Source: an uncultured delta proteobacterium (lineage in GTDB: Bacteria > Desulfobacterota > Binatia > Binatales > Binataceae). Taken from it: DNA of 64,000 nt. Position 1 is the stretch's first letter. The number at the start of each line of letters is the position of its first letter. This document shows, piece by piece, positions 9,979 through 22,757 of the stretch. The stretch is taken from NCBI GenBank assembly GCA_963814715.1, contig CAWFDW010000001.1:839749-903748 (forward strand), written 5' to 3'. The position numbers and the translations under genes are program-made. The notes under the pieces were generated by a model. The model had not been told where the DNA came from, searched no databases, and was given only the letters and a program-made list of their open reading frames with translations.

Positions 9979-11391
9979 ATGGCTGCTGGATACACCATGA
10001 CTATCGACGGCAAGTCGGTGAAAGGATCGAAATCCACTGGCGTGATCAATCCCGCCACCGGAAAGATCTTCGCCGAAGTTCCCGATTGCTCGAAGGCCGA
10101 ACTCGACCAGGCGATGAACGCCGCGCAGAAGGCGTTCCCCGCATGGAGCAAAGACATCAACGCGCGCCGCAAGGTCCTTCAGGAATGCGCCGCCGCGTTG
10201 CAGCAGCCACCCGAAGGCCTCGCCCGGACCCTCACGCAAGAGCAGGGCAAGCCGCTCGACAAGGCCGGCCAGGAAATCATGGGCACCTCGATGTGGTGCG
10301 CATACACGGCGATGCTCGATTTGCCCGCCGAGGTTCTCCAGGACACGCCGCAGGGCAAAATCGAAATCAAGCGCAAGCCGCTCGGCGTCGTCGCCGCGAT
10401 CACGCCGTGGAATTACCCGCTGATGCTCGGGATGTGGAAGATCGCGCCGGCGCTGCTCGCGGGCAACACGATCGTGCTGAAGCCCTCGCCGTACACGCCT
10501 ATCACGACGTTGATGCTCGGCGAGATTCTGCGCGACATCGTTCCGCCCGGAGTCCTCAACGTGATCTCCGGTGGCGACGAGCTCGGCTCGTGGATGACGA
10601 CTCATCCGGTGCCGCGAAAGATTTCATTCACCGGCTCGGTCGAGACCGGCAAGCGAGTCGCCGCGGCAGCCGCGCCCGATTTGAAGCGGGTCACGCTCGA
10701 GCTCGGCGGCAACGACGCCGCGATCATCCTGGCGGACGTGGATCCCGCGGCGGTCGCGCAGAAGATTTTCTGGGGCGCGTTCGAGAACTCGGGACAAATT
10801 TGCAGCGCGATCAAGCGCGTCTACGTTCCCGAGCAGATGTACAACGCGTTGCTCGACAACCTCGGCGAGATTGCCAAGGGCGTCAAGGTGGGCGACGGGC
10901 TCGAAGCCGGCACCCAGCTCGGTCCTATCAACAACAAGATGCAGTTTGAGCGCGTGACCGAGCTGGTCGAGGACGCCAAGAAGCACGGCGCCAAGATTGT
11001 CTCGGGCGGCGCGCGCGTCGGCAAGGAAGGTTACTTCTTCGCGCCGACCATCGTCGGAAATATTTCCGATGGCGTCCGGCTCGTCGATGAAGAGCAGTTC
11101 GGCCCCGCGCTCCCGATCATTCCTTACAAGGATGTCGACGACGCCGTCCGCCGCGCGAACTCTACGCACTTCGGTCTGAGCGGTTCGGTATGGTCCAACG
11201 ATTCGGTCCGCGGCACCGAAGTCGCCTCGCAGCTCGAATGCGGTTCGGCGTGGGTCAATCAGCATCTCGCGATCGCGCCGAATCTGCCGTTCGGCGGAGC
11301 GAAATGGTCGGGCATCGGCGTGGAGAACGGCCCGTGGGGTCTGATGGGCTTCACGGAAATCCAGGTCGTGAACTCCGTTAAACTTTCGTAG
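9979..11391 (+). CDS. Aldehyde dehydrogenase
   Basis: AAGGAG RBS; ITPWNYP, FTGS, LELGGND, catalytic GQIC, EEQFGP. Confidence 0.95.
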   Translation: MAAGYTMTIDGKSVKGSKSTGVINPATGKIFAEVPDCSKAELDQAMNAAQKAFPAWSKDINARRKVLQECAAALQQPPEGLARTLTQEQGKPLDKAGQEIMGTSMWCAYTAMLDLPAEVLQDTPQGKIEIKRKPLGVVAAITPWNYPLMLGMWKIAPALLAGNTIVLKPSPYTPITTLMLGEILRDIVPPGVLNVISGGDELGSWMTTHPVPRKISFTGSVETGKRVAAAAAPDLKRVTLELGGNDAAIILADVDPAAVAQKIFWGAFENSGQICSAIKRVYVPEQMYNALLDNLGEIAKGVKVGDGLEAGTQLGPINNKMQFERVTELVEDAKKHGAKIVSGGARVGKEGYFFAPTIVGNISDGVRLVDEEQFGPALPIIPYKDVDDAVRRANSTHFGLSGSVWSNDSVRGTEVASQLECGSAWVNQHLAIAPNLPFGGAKWSGIGVENGPWGLMGFTEIQVVNSVKLS

Positions 11392-11404
11392 TAGCGATTA
11401 ACAT

Positions 11405-11456
11405 CGCCCCCGCGGTATCGTGAAGTTCAGGCGGTACCGCGGGGGCGTGTTTTTTG
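11405..11456 (+). terminator. GC-rich hairpin with T-tract between the ALDH and aldolase genes
   Basis: CGCCCCCGCGGTA...TACCGCGGGGGCG then TGTTTTTT. Confidence 0.6.
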
Positions 11457-11458
11457 AG

Positions 11459-12148
11459 ATGGGACGCTACGACGACTATAAGCGGCGAGTCCTCCAGGTA
11501 AGCCAGCGGCTGTCGGCTGACGGCTACTTCGGATCAAAGTCGGGCAGCGCGGGCAACGTCTCGATGCTCGTCGAGGGTGAGAACGCTGTCGTCGTCACGC
11601 CGACCCGCCTTCAGTACGACGTGATGACGGTTGAAGATATTTGCGTCGTCGATTTCGATCTCGCGCCGATCGAAGGCACGCGCAAACCGTCTATAGAAAC
11701 TCCGATGCACGTCGCGGCGTACCAGGTGCGCGCCGACGTCAGCGCCGTGATCCATACTCATCAGACCTTCGCCAGCGCGCTCAGCATTCTGAATCAGCCG
11801 ATCCCGCCGCTGTTCGACGAAGTGACGCTCGCGATCGGCAATGTGATCGATGTCGTGCCGTACGCGTTATCGGGTACGCGCGAACTGCACGACAACGTCG
11901 CGCGCAAGCTCGCCAATCGATGCCACTGCTACATACTTCAGAATCACGGCACGCTTTGCATCGGCACCGATCTCGACAAGACCTTCACATTCGTCGAGCT
12001 GCTCGAAAAATCCGCGCACATCTATATGGATGCGCTCTCGACCGGGAAGCCGATCACCGTGCTCCCCGAAAAAACCGTCGCGCAACTGCACGCAGCAGTG
12101 ATCGCTCGACAGGATCGCGAAATCGCGCGTAAGAGGCCGAGTCACTGA
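11459..12148 (+). CDS. Class II aldolase/adducin family protein
   Basis: AGNVS, PSIETPMH, AVIHTH, LQNHG metal-binding motifs. Confidence 0.9.
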   Translation: MGRYDDYKRRVLQVSQRLSADGYFGSKSGSAGNVSMLVEGENAVVVTPTRLQYDVMTVEDICVVDFDLAPIEGTRKPSIETPMHVAAYQVRADVSAVIHTHQTFASALSILNQPIPPLFDEVTLAIGNVIDVVPYALSGTRELHDNVARKLANRCHCYILQNHGTLCIGTDLDKTFTFVELLEKSAHIYMDALSTGKPITVLPEKTVAQLHAAVIARQDREIARKRPSH

Positions 12149-13095
12149 TGAGCGATACCTGTGTGACGCTCGGCGCGCACGTCCTCGACATCCTCGGCCG
12201 CTACGTCACGCACATCCCCGACGGCCAGGGCAGCGTGCTGCTCGACGAGATTCGACTGGCGCCGGCCGGAAGTGCGGCGGGCACGGCGGTCGGCCTCGCG
12301 AAACTGGGACTCTCAGTCGCGACGGTCGGCGCCGTCGGCGACGACGCTCTTGGCGACGTGCTCATCCGCGCGCTGAACACTTTCGGCGTCGATACCAGCC
12401 ACGTCATTCGCAAGACCGGTGTACAAACCTCGGCGAGCATCCTTCCCATTCGACCCAACGGAGACCGGCCCGCGCTTCATGCGATCGGCGCCAACGCGGT
12501 CTACTCGATTGACGACGTCCCGTGGCAGTTGATCGAAAGCGCAGCGCACCTTCATCTCGGCGGCAACGATTCGATGCGCGGACTCGGCCGCGACGGTGCG
12601 TCGCAGATCTTGCGCCGTGCGCGCGACGGCGGCGCGACCACCAGCATGGACATCCTGAGTGAAGGCTCGCCCAAACTGCTCGCGATCCTGAAGCCGTGCC
12701 TGCCGCTCGTCGATTGGTTCATGCCCAACGCCGACCAAGCCTGCAAGCTTACTGAATCGCGTACTCCCGAGGACGCAGCCTCGCGACTGCTCGACCTCGG
12801 CGTCGGCGGAGTGATGCTGACGATGGGCGGCGACGGCAGCCTACTGGCGACTGCGCGCGAGCGGATGCATCTGGCGGCGCACGACATAACCGTCGTCGAT
12901 ACGTCGGGATGCGGTGACGCCTATTGCGCCGGCTTCATTCGCGCGCTGCGGCTCGGATGGCCGCCGGCGGAATGCATGAAACTCGGCAACGCCGCGGCAG
13001 CTTTGGTGGCGCAGGGCCTCGGCTCCGACGCCGGCATCCGCGATTTGGACGACACGATCCGCTTCATGCGCGAAACACCCTTGCGTTCCAGCTAA
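12148..13095 (+). CDS. PfkB-family carbohydrate kinase
   Basis: [33 protein letters not shown]. Confidence 0.9.
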   Translation: MSDTCVTLGAHVLDILGRYVTHIPDGQGSVLLDEIRLAPAGSAAGTAVGLAKLGLSVATVGAVGDDALGDVLIRALNTFGVDTSHVIRKTGVQTSASILPIRPNGDRPALHAIGANAVYSIDDVPWQLIESAAHLHLGGNDSMRGLGRDGASQILRRARDGGATTSMDILSEGSPKLLAILKPCLPLVDWFMPNADQACKLTESRTPEDAASRLLDLGVGGVMLTMGGDGSLLATARERMHLAAHDITVVDTSGCGDAYCAGFIRALRLGWPPAECMKLGNAAAALVAQGLGSDAGIRDLDDTIRFMRETPLRSS

Positions 13096-13117
13096 CCGTC
13101 TTACAGAAATTAGAAAT

Positions 13118-13955
13118 ATGAACGATCAAATTTCGCGTCGCGCGTTCGTGGTCGGAAGTCTCGCAGCCGGCTTCGCGCTGGCTGTGATGCCGGTGTCGGC
13201 CGACACGATCACAACCGACAGCAACGGACTCGTCGCCGGCGAGGTCAGGATTCCAGTCCCAGGCGGCGAAATTCCCGCGTATCGCGCAATGCCCGCGAGC
13301 GGCGGTCCTTTCCCAACCATCCTCGTCGTGCACGAAATCTTCGGCGTCCACGAACATATCAAGGACATCTGCCGCCGACTCGCCAAGCAAGGCTACTTCG
13401 CAGTCGCGCCGCTGCTGTTTTCGCGCGAAGGCGACGTCTCGAGCATGGCCGATACGCAGCAGATCATTTCGAAGGTCGTCGCCAAGGTTCCCGACAAACA
13501 GGTTGCCTCCGATCTCGACGCAACCGTGGCATGGGCGAAAAGCACGGGTAAGGCTGATACCACGAAACTCGGCATCACCGGTTTTTGCTGGGGCGGCCGC
13601 CAGGTCTGGCTCTATGCCGCCCACAATCCTTCTCTGAAAGCGGGAGTGGCATGGTACGGGCCTCTGGAGTCTGCCGCCGTCGGAACTCAGGCCGAAGAAT
13701 CCCATCGATTTGGCGAATCAGATCAACGTGCCGATTCTAGGTCTCTACGGCGGCAAGGATATGGGAATACCGGCCGCGCAGATCGAGCAGATGCGCGCCG
13801 CACTGAAGGCCGCCGGCAAGCCGTCAGAAATCGTGATCTATCCCGACGCCGGCCACGGCTTCAACGCCGACTATCGCTCCAGCTACAACCCCCAAGCCGC
13901 CAAAGACGGATGGAACCGGATGCAGTCCTGGTTCAAGGATCACGGCGTAGCTTGA
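13118..13955 (+). CDS. Dienelactone hydrolase family protein with Tat-like N-terminus (frameshift near 13680)
   Basis: SRRAFV, HEIFG, GFCWGG nucleophile motif, [13 protein letters not shown]. Confidence 0.9.
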
Positions 13956-13973
13956 AGTACTCGAGTGCCTGGT

Positions 13974-15698
13974 TCAACTCGGATACGGAGGTCCATTCGC
14001 GAGTACCTTGTCCAGCGACTTGTCGTAGCCATAGATGTCGTCGAAGAATCTTACTTCGCCGTCTGGATCTACTACTGCGGTGCTATACAGAATTAGTACC
14101 GGGATAGGTTTCTTGAGATTCACCTGAACGTTGTCGGCGCCGGTCTTCATTGCCGCTTGTATTTTGTCCATCGGCCATTCCGGCCTGTCGCGCAGCACCC
14201 ATGCCGCCAGGTCCGCGGGTTTCTCGACCCGGATACATCCATGACTGAAGTCGCGTCGCGATCGCGAGAACAGTTCCTGTTCCGGCGTGCTGTGCAGATA
14301 CACGTTGTACTGATTGGGGAAGATGAACTTCACCAGGCCGAGCGCATTCTTTGGCCCAGGTTTCTGCCGTACGCTCAGGGATCCGGAACTAAGTCCCTCT
14401 ATGACGTCGTCTGATGCCGGCGATGACGCGACAACGTTGCCACTACGATCCAGGACTTCGAAATCCGTTGTCTGCCGAGGTAGTTGGGATCGCGCCGCGT
14501 CTTCGGGATGGTCTCCTTGCGCAGGATCGACGTCGGCACCAGCCAGTACGGTCGAAAGATTAGATATCTCATTTCGTCCGCGAACACCGGCGTCTGCGTA
14601 CGCATCGCCTTACCCACGACTACTCTCATCGTCAGGTAGTTCGCAGGTTGCCGGCGCATCGTATGCAACTGGAATTCGGGAATGTTGACTATAATCGGCG
14701 GCTCGGGGAAGTCCGGCGGTATCCATCGATATCGTTCCAGCGTGAGTTGCAGTTGTTGCACGCGAGTTTTGAGCGGCGTGTTGAGTTCAGTCACCGTGCC
14801 CTTTCCCAATACGCCGTCAGTGTCCAGCCCGTGACGACTCTGAAAATGTTTCACCGCATCGACGACGCTGCCCTTATAAGCCGTCGAGTCGGCGGGCACG
14901 TCTGCGCTGGACGAAAGGTCGCCGAGCTGGCGCAATCGCGCGACGAGCTGCGGCATCGCGGCAAATGTACCACCAGGACGCACTCCCTTTTGCGGTACGG
15001 GTATAGGCGGAGTATCACCGGCGCTCGCCAGTTTTGAATACGTCACGAGCGCATCTTCGGCGCGTCGATAGCCATCATAGTTTGGCTCGACCTTCACTAT
15101 AACCGCGGGAACGTCCGACGCCGGAAGCACCTGCGTTCTCAGCTCGTCGGCAAGGTCATATTTATTCGTTCCGACTGTCAGGCTGAACTTGAAACGCTGA
15201 GGGTTCACTCGTCCAATGTGCAGATCGGAAATGTAGCGCATCGCAGAAACAGTCAGCGCCAGATCGATATGCGCAAGGTCGGCGTCGGACGCTTTCGGCG
15301 TCGCGGTAGGTTGTAGCTTGGCGAGCCGCGCGTCCCATCGCGATCCGTCATAGTCCTCGGGATTGAGGCCTTTGAGCCCAGCCTGCTGAAGCAACAGGAT
15401 CATCGACACCGCTTGAGGGCTGGCCTTGCCATTCTGGATCCACGCCAGCGATCCGCCGCCTGCGTCGTAGAATTTTTTCACGACGTCGCGATAGTCGGTG
15501 AAGTTGGGCCAGCGCAAATCCGGCAGGTTCCCCGATGCGATCAGCGCCCCGAGGTCGCCGGCACCTGGAGACACAGGCGCGGTAACTTGCGCCGCGCTTG
15601 CGGTCGCGGCCGGAGAATTGGCGGCAGACGCGGCACTGGCCGGACGCGGCGCAGCAGATTGCGATGACTGCGGCCAACGCGAATTTGTAGCTTTTCAT
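13974..15698 (-). CDS. YcbB/LdtD-type L,D-transpeptidase with peptidoglycan-binding domain (frameshifts near 15640 and 14470)
   Basis: [48 protein letters not shown]. Confidence 0.9.
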
Positions 15699-15843
15699 TT
15701 TTCACTCGCCCTTGCGGTGACACAGTACATAAGTTGCGCGGATTCGCCGCAAGAGCGCAGTCGCGGTGAATTTGCGACAATCGCGATGCATCCGTAGTCT
15801 CAGAAGAGAGCTTTGTCGTAGTCTTTCGAGAGACGAGTTGGAA

Positions 15844-16468
15844 ATGCCGAGTATCGCGACGTGGATTCGCCAATGCGACGAACATTGGTTCTCACTTATA
15901 TTCAGCCGTTATCCGCATCTGACGGTGCATAACGCTCGGTTGCATCCCGTCGATCTGCGCCAGATGGACGCGTTGATGTTGACCGGCGGCGGCGACATCT
16001 CCGATCAGCCGCCTGCGACAGGCGATCGCGGATCCGTCGTTGATTGTCGACACCGATTGCGCGCGCGATGAGTGGGAGTTCAGCGCAGCCATCGAGCTGC
16101 TGTCTTCAGGAAAGCCGATCCTCGCCATTTGCCGCGGCTTGCAGGTGCTGAATGTCGCGCTGGGCGGCACCTTACACGTGGATATTCCCGGACACGACAG
16201 TGCCGAGCGGGAAAACATTCAAGCGCTGAGACACAGCTCGAACGCGATTCACCGATTCGCCGCGGTGAACAGCTCGCATCACCAGGCGCTCGAGCGGCTG
16301 GCCGACGGAATCGAGGTCGAGGCGTGGTCGGCGATCGATGGAATCGTTGAGCAGGCGCGGCTTCGTTCGCATCCCTACGCGATCGGCGTGCAGTATCATC
16401 CCGAGCGCGATCCGCTTTACCTTCCGCTATTCGCCGATTTTTTCGATCGAGTTCGCAACGGCGCCTAA
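15844..16468 (+). CDS. Peptidase C26 / class I glutamine amidotransferase (PuuD-like; frameshift near 16010)
   Basis: LTGGGDI, PILAICRGLQVLNVALGGTL, VNSSHHQA, GVQYHPE. Confidence 0.88.
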
Positions 16469-16469
16469 G

Positions 16470-17349
16470 ATGCTTACGGTTCGCGTCGGCTGCAGTATCC
16501 ACTTCGAATGCGAATCTTCAGCAACGGTAATATTGCTGGTTAACCCGCGATTTGATCCCGACCGTCCTGTCCGACAGGAAAATCTCGATTTCGGAATTGC
16601 CCGGAAGTTCGAATCGTTTACCGATACTGACGGCAACGTTGCTTACCGGATAATCCTGGGAAGCGGACTTAACGAAATTAAGCACGACGCGATGGTTGAG
16701 GTGTCCACCGCGCTCGGACAAGTCCGATCAATTCGGAAACGCGCCCTCCATCGCCACGATCGATCCGTTACTTTTGCGCTACCTGCTGCCTAGCCGCTAT
16801 TGCGATTCAGACAAGCTATTCAGTTTCGCCGGTGAAAAGTTCGGACACATATACGACGCAGGCGAACGCGTGCAGGCTATCTCCGACTGGGTTCACAATA
16901 ACATCGAATATCGCTTCGCCTCGGGAAGACCCGACATTTCAGCCGCGCAAATTATCGATCGGGGCTATGGTGTCTGCCGCGACTTCGCCCATTGCACGAT
17001 AGCGCTGTGCCGTGCGATCAACATCCCCGCGCGCTACGTCACCGGTCACCTGCCCGACATAGGACACGTTGATCCCGGATCTCCGATGGACTTTCATGCC
17101 TACAGCGAAGTGTACCTGGGTGACCAGTGGCATGTCTTTGATGCTCGCTACAACGAACCCAGGATAGGCCGCATCAAGATCGCTCAAGGTCTCGACGCCG
17201 TCGAATGCGCCTTTGCAACCGTGTATGGCCCTGCGCGCATGACCAAGTTCGAGGTATGGGCCTACCAGGTCGATCCCAACGAGGTCACCCTGGGCGATCC
17301 GATCGATCTGTCGAAGCGATTGGACGGAACTGAAGAAATCAAGTCCTGA
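16470..17349 (+). CDS. Transglutaminase-like protein (frameshift near 16715)
   Basis: YLLPSRYCDSD, GVCRDFAH, IPARYVTG, DFHAY.EVYL. Confidence 0.9.
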
Positions 17350-17355
17350 CGGGAC

Positions 17356-18247
17356 TTACTCGCTCAGCTCATCGATACTGTCGTGGCTCGCGAGGCCTAC
17401 TTCTAGCTCATAGGCCATCCGACGGCCACCGCCACTGCTATTGTAGACTCCCGACACCGGCGGTAGGTCGTTGTAGTCTCTGCCAACCGCGAGTCTTATG
17501 TGACGAATCATGGTGCGAGTCCTATGCGTCGGATCGAAACCGGTCCATCCTACTCCGGGCAAGAGCGCCTCGATCCATGCGTGGCTGGCCAATTCAGGAG
17601 GCGGAGAGTTAGGACTCCTGTCAGGATCAGGCGCCAGGTAGCCGGAGACGTAGCGCGCAGGAATTCCCGCCAGCCGCAGCAGACCTATGCTGAGATGCGC
17701 GAAGTCCTGGCATACTCCACCGCCGCGTGGTGAGTATGTCGTCGACTGTCGAATGTACGTGAGTGGTACCGCCGTCGTAGCCGAATTGATTGCGCACATA
17801 AAGGACCATGCGCTCAGTGTACGCGGTGACGTCTTCCGATAGCTGCGGCCGCACCGACCAGAAAAATCTTCGCAACCGATCGCTGAATGGAACATAGCGG
17901 CTCGGATTCAGAAATTCCGAGTATTCCTTCATCCTCGCCGCATCGCCTGCCAGGTAGTCGTAAAATGTAATTCGCGCCGACGGCACAGCCGGCAGCGCGA
18001 GTCGATCGACTACCGAACACGAACTGATAATCAGCTCGGTGTGCGGCGGCTGGATATCTATCGAATGCGTGAGGTTGCCGAACGCGTCTCGATACTCGGA
18101 AATCTCCGCGGCCGGCGTGACCTCGAGCCTGAACGCGACGCGCTTTTGATCCGGCGCGTCGATCGGCGTGAGCCGCACGTCGTTGTGCGAATGGGAAGCC
18201 GGCTGTTCGTAAACGTATCGAGTGGTGTGTTTGATGCGGAATCGCAT
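17356..18247 (-). CDS. Transglutaminase family protein with bacterial N-terminal domain (frameshift near 17730)
   Basis: MRFRIKHTTRYVY, D.FGN, GVCQDFAH, PARYVSGY, SHAWIE, GFDPT, VGRDY. Confidence 0.9.
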
Positions 18248-18403
18248 GCTCAGACTTCAGGAAACTATAGCTGTGCATCGGCACCCGCTCAACGACATAT
18301 ATCCACAGTCACCTTCACCGCTTTCACGCGGCAGGCTGCTCATGCTTTAGATACAAGTTGGGGGCGCAAGGTTTCCGCGTACTCAAAACGAGACGAGAGA
18401 AAT

Positions 18404-21400
18404 ATGACTCCGAACAGTCTGCTGATCGCCAATCGCGGTGAGATCGCGATTCGAATAATCCGCGCGGCCGCCGAGATGGGTATCCGCACGGTGGCGGTTT
18501 TTCCCGACGACGACGCTGGTTCATTGCACACCCGCAAGGCTGACGAGGCGCGCCGTCTGAACGGCATCGGCGCGGCGGCGTATCTCGATGGAGAACAGAT
18601 CATCGCGCTCGCCAAACAAGCGGGTTGCGACGCGATTCATCCCGGCTACGGCTTTCTCAGCGAGAACGCCGCCTTCGCGCGGCGATGCGTCGACGCGGGG
18701 ATCACGTTCATCGGACCACGCGCTGAAATGCTCGAGCTATTCGGCGACAAGGTGCAGGCGCGCTCGCTTGCCGATCGATGCGGCGTGCCAATCCTGCGCG
18801 GCACCGGCGGTCCGACCACTCTCGACGAAGCGCGCAACTTTTTTTCGTCGCTCGGCGAGAGTGCTTCAATGATGATCAAAGCCGTCGCCGGCGGCGGCGG
18901 CCGCGGGATGCGCGCCGTCTCAAGCGCCGAAGGAAATCGATGAGGCATACAAGCGCTGCCAGTCCGAAGCGCGGGCCTCGTTCGGCAACGGCGACGTTTA
19001 CGTCGAGCAGTTGATGCCGCGCGCGCGTCACATAGAAGTGCAAATCATCGGCGACGGATCCGGCAACGTCAGCCACCTCTGGGAGCGCGAATGCAGCATC
19101 CAGCGCCGCAATCAGAAAATCGTCGAGATTGCACCGAGCCCGGGACTCGCGCCGGCGCTTCGCGATCGGCTGACCGCGGCTGCGGTGCGAATGGCGAAGG
19201 AGGTGCGCTACAACAACCTCGGCACCTTCGAGTTTCTCGTCAATGCTGAAGCGTCTGCCACCGACGAGGCCGGCTTCGCGTTCATCGAAGCCAACCCGCG
19301 GCTCCAGGTCGAACACACCGTCACCGAAGAAGTAACGGGCATCGATCTGGTCAAGCTGCATGATTCAACTCGCTTCGGGCAGCACGCTCGCCGAGCTCGG
19401 GATGCAACAGGCGGATATTCCGAAACCGCGCGGGTTCGCGATGCAGGTGCGAATCAACATGGAATCGATGCGCGCTGACGGCACCGCGAAGCCGGGCGGC
19501 GGGACGATCACCGCGTTCGAGGCACCGTCGGGACCGCGCGTGCGGACCGATTCGTTCGCCTACGCCGGATACACGACGAGCCCGAATTTCGATTCGCTGC
19601 TCGCCAAGCTCATTACTCACTCGCACTCGGCGGACTTCGCCGACGTGGTGACCAAGACCTATCGCGCGCTATGCGAATTCAGAATCGACGGCGTACCGAC
19701 CAACATCGGATTCCTGCAGAGTCTGCTACAGCATCCGGAGTTCATCGCGAATCGCGTTTACACTCGCTTCGTCGACGACAACATCGCGGCGCTGGTCGCC
19801 GGCGCGGAATCGGGGCATCGGCGGCTCTTCTTCGATCGCCCGACGTCGGCTCCCAGGGCAGGCGTCGAACAGTCCGGCGGTCGTAGAGCTGGAGCAAAGA
19901 TCGACGCGAGCGATCCGCTGGCGGTTCTCCATCACGGCAAATCGGAGAGCAATGCAATCTCGCCGATTGCGGCGACCACTACTGTCGTGACGCCGCAAGC
20001 TCACGACATCGCCGCGCCGGAAAATACGGTGGCGATCGAGGCGCCGATGCAGGGCACGATCGTTTCCGTCGACGTGAGCGAAGGCGACCGCGTGCATCGC
20101 GGGCAGCAACTGTTCGTGATGGAAGCGATGAAAATGGAGCACGTCATCGTCGCCGACAAGAGTGGAATCGTGCGGCTCATCACGGTTGCCAAAGGAGACG
20201 CGATCTTCGAAGGACATCCGCTGGCCTTCATCGAGGAGGCGGACGTCGAGACGTCGCACCAGCGCCGAGGCTGGCGAGGTAGATCTGAATCGCGTGCGTC
20301 CCGATCTCGCCGAGGTGGTCGATCGTCATGCGCTTGGACTCGACGCCTGCGCGGCCCGACGCGGTCGCGCGCCGGCGCAAGACCGGACAGCGCACCACTC
20401 GCGAAAATATCGACGACCTCTGCGACCCCGGCACCTTCGTCGAGTACGGTCCACTGGTGATTGCGGCGCAGCGGCGACGGCGCACGATCGAAGACCTCGT
20501 GAAGAACACGCCGGCCGACGGAATGGTCGCCGGAATCGGACGCGTCAACGGCGACCTGTTCGAGGAATCCAAAGCGCAGTGCATCCTGATGTCCTACGAC
20601 TACACCGTGCTCGCCGGCACGCAGGGCCAACAGAACCATCGCAAGAAAGACCGGATGTTCGAGATCGCGCAGAAGTCGCGCCTGCCAGTGGTATTCTTCA
20701 CCGAGGGCGGCGGCGGACGCCCCGGCGACACCGACGGCCTGGGCGTCGCGGGACTCGACTGCATGGCGTTCAACTACTGGGGAAAGTTGAGCGGTCTGGT
20801 ACCTCTCGTAGGTATCAACTCGGGCCGATGCTTCGCCGGCAATGCAGCTCTACTAGGATGCTGCGATGTAGTAATCGCGACTAAAGGATCGAATATCGGA
20901 ATGGGTGGTCCGGCGATGATCGAAGGCGGCGGACTAGGTATATTCCGCCCCGAAGAAGTAGGACCGATGGACGTGCAAGTAGCTAATGGCGTCGTGGACA
21001 TTCCGGTCGCCGACGAAGCCGAAGCAGTACAAGTCGCGAAGAAGTACCTATCGTACTTTCAGGGAGAAGTTCGCGACTGGGTATGCGCCGATCAGCGTCT
21101 GTTGCGCACGATCATCCCCGAAAATCGACTTCGCATTTACGACGTTCGCGCGGTCATCGAGACGCTCGCCGATACCGGCTCGGTGCTCGAGATACGCCGC
21201 CACTTCGGCCCCGGGATGGTGACGTCGCTGATCAGGATCGAAGGACGTCCCGTCGGACTCATCGCCAACAACCCGGTGCATCTCGCGGGCGCGATCGACA
21301 GCAACGGCGCCGACAAGGCCGCGCGCTTCATGCAGCTTGTGCGACGCGTTCGACATCCCGCTGCTGTTCCTGTGCGACACTCCCGGCATCATGGTTGGCC

Positions 21401-21853
21401 CCGAGGTCGAGAAGACCGCGCTGGTGCGCCACGCGTCGCGGATGTTCGTGACGGGCGCGAACGTCACCGTGCCTGTATTTCACGATCATACTGCGCAAAG
21501 GCTATGGCTTGGGCGCGCAGGCGATGGCGGGCGGCAGTTTCAAGGCGCCGATTTTCACCGTCGCGTGGCCGACCGGCGAGTTCGGCGGCATGGGACTGGA
21601 GGGCGCGGTGAAGCTCGGCTATCGCAACGAGCTCGCCGCCGTCGAGGATCCCGACAAGCGCAAGGAACTGTTCGACGAGATGGTCGATCGGATGTATCGC
21701 CACGGCAAGGCGGTCAACACCGCGTCGCACTTCGAGATCGACGACGTCATCGATCCGCTCGATTCGCGCAAATGGATCGTCGCAGGCCTGCGATCGACGC
21801 CGCCGAAAGCGCCGCGCACCGGCAAGAAGCGCCCCAACGTCGATACGTGGTGA
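18404..21853 (+). CDS. Single-chain biotin-dependent acyl-CoA carboxylase (BC-BCCP-CT fusion); about 4 frameshifts
   Basis: LLIANRGEIAIRI, HPGYGFLSEN, GGGGRGMR, RECSIQRRNQK, EANPRLQVEH, EAMKM biotinyl-Lys, YDYTVLAGTQG, GGMGLEGAV. Confidence 0.9.
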
Positions 21854-21943
21854 CAGACTTCGCGCCGCACCATCGGTAAACTGTTCAATTGCGCTGCGCC
21901 GCCGCGCCTCTGAACTCGCGCACGCGGGAGGATAGACCGCTCG

Positions 21944-22645
21944 ATGCTCGCAAAGATCCGTCGCAACCTCGTGGCGGGAATTCTCACTGCGATTCCCATC
22001 CTCGTCACCGTCTGGGTCATCAGTTTTCTGGTCGGCGTCCTGGTTGCGCTCGGCAGTCCATTCGTCAGGGCATACGTAGATTGGCTGAAGATTCATTCGC
22101 CGACGCTCGCCGAAGGATTTTCTGCGCCATGGTTTCAAGGGACTATCTCGGTCGCGATCGTACTCGCGGCCCTGTACGTCCTTGGCGAGATCGCGACCGC
22201 CGTCGCGGGACGACGCTTGCTCGCCGCCTTCGACTACCTGATGGCGCGAATTCCCGTCGTCCAATCCATCTACGGCGCCGCCCGTCAGCTCGTCACCAGC
22301 TTTCAGAACAAACCGAACGGTTCTCAGCGCGTTGTTCTGATCCAGTTCCCCTCTCCGGAAATGAAAACCGTCGGCCTCGTGACCAGAATTTTCAACGACG
22401 CTGACACCGGCGAGGAGATCGCCGCCGTCTACGTCCCGACCACGCCCAACCCGACTTCCGGCTACATGGAACTGGTTCCGACCAGCCGCCTGGTCATGCT
22501 CGATTGGACAATCAACGAAGCGATGACCTTCATCATGTCGGGTGGCGCTGCTGCCCCACCAAAACTGAACTACTCGAAGAGCGCTCGAATGACGGTGAGC
22601 GAAAGCCGGGCGAAACCAAATACGGCGAAACCGGGTAGTTTGTAA
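21944..22645 (+). CDS. DUF502 family membrane protein
   Basis: RIPVVQSIY, VYVPTTPNPTSGY, EAMTFIMSGG. Confidence 0.9.
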   Translation: MLAKIRRNLVAGILTAIPILVTVWVISFLVGVLVALGSPFVRAYVDWLKIHSPTLAEGFSAPWFQGTISVAIVLAALYVLGEIATAVAGRRLLAAFDYLMARIPVVQSIYGAARQLVTSFQNKPNGSQRVVLIQFPSPEMKTVGLVTRIFNDADTGEEIAAVYVPTTPNPTSGYMELVPTSRLVMLDWTINEAMTFIMSGGAAAPPKLNYSKSARMTVSESRAKPNTAKPGSL

Positions 22646-22757
22646 CTAATACATTCTCACTTCGGGATCACGAGCACGTATCGGCAAAGCTTGTGAGAAA
22701 TATATTCCCGGTATGAGAGTTGCTCTCCCTCTCAGGTGTAATCCCGGACGGGTAGAG

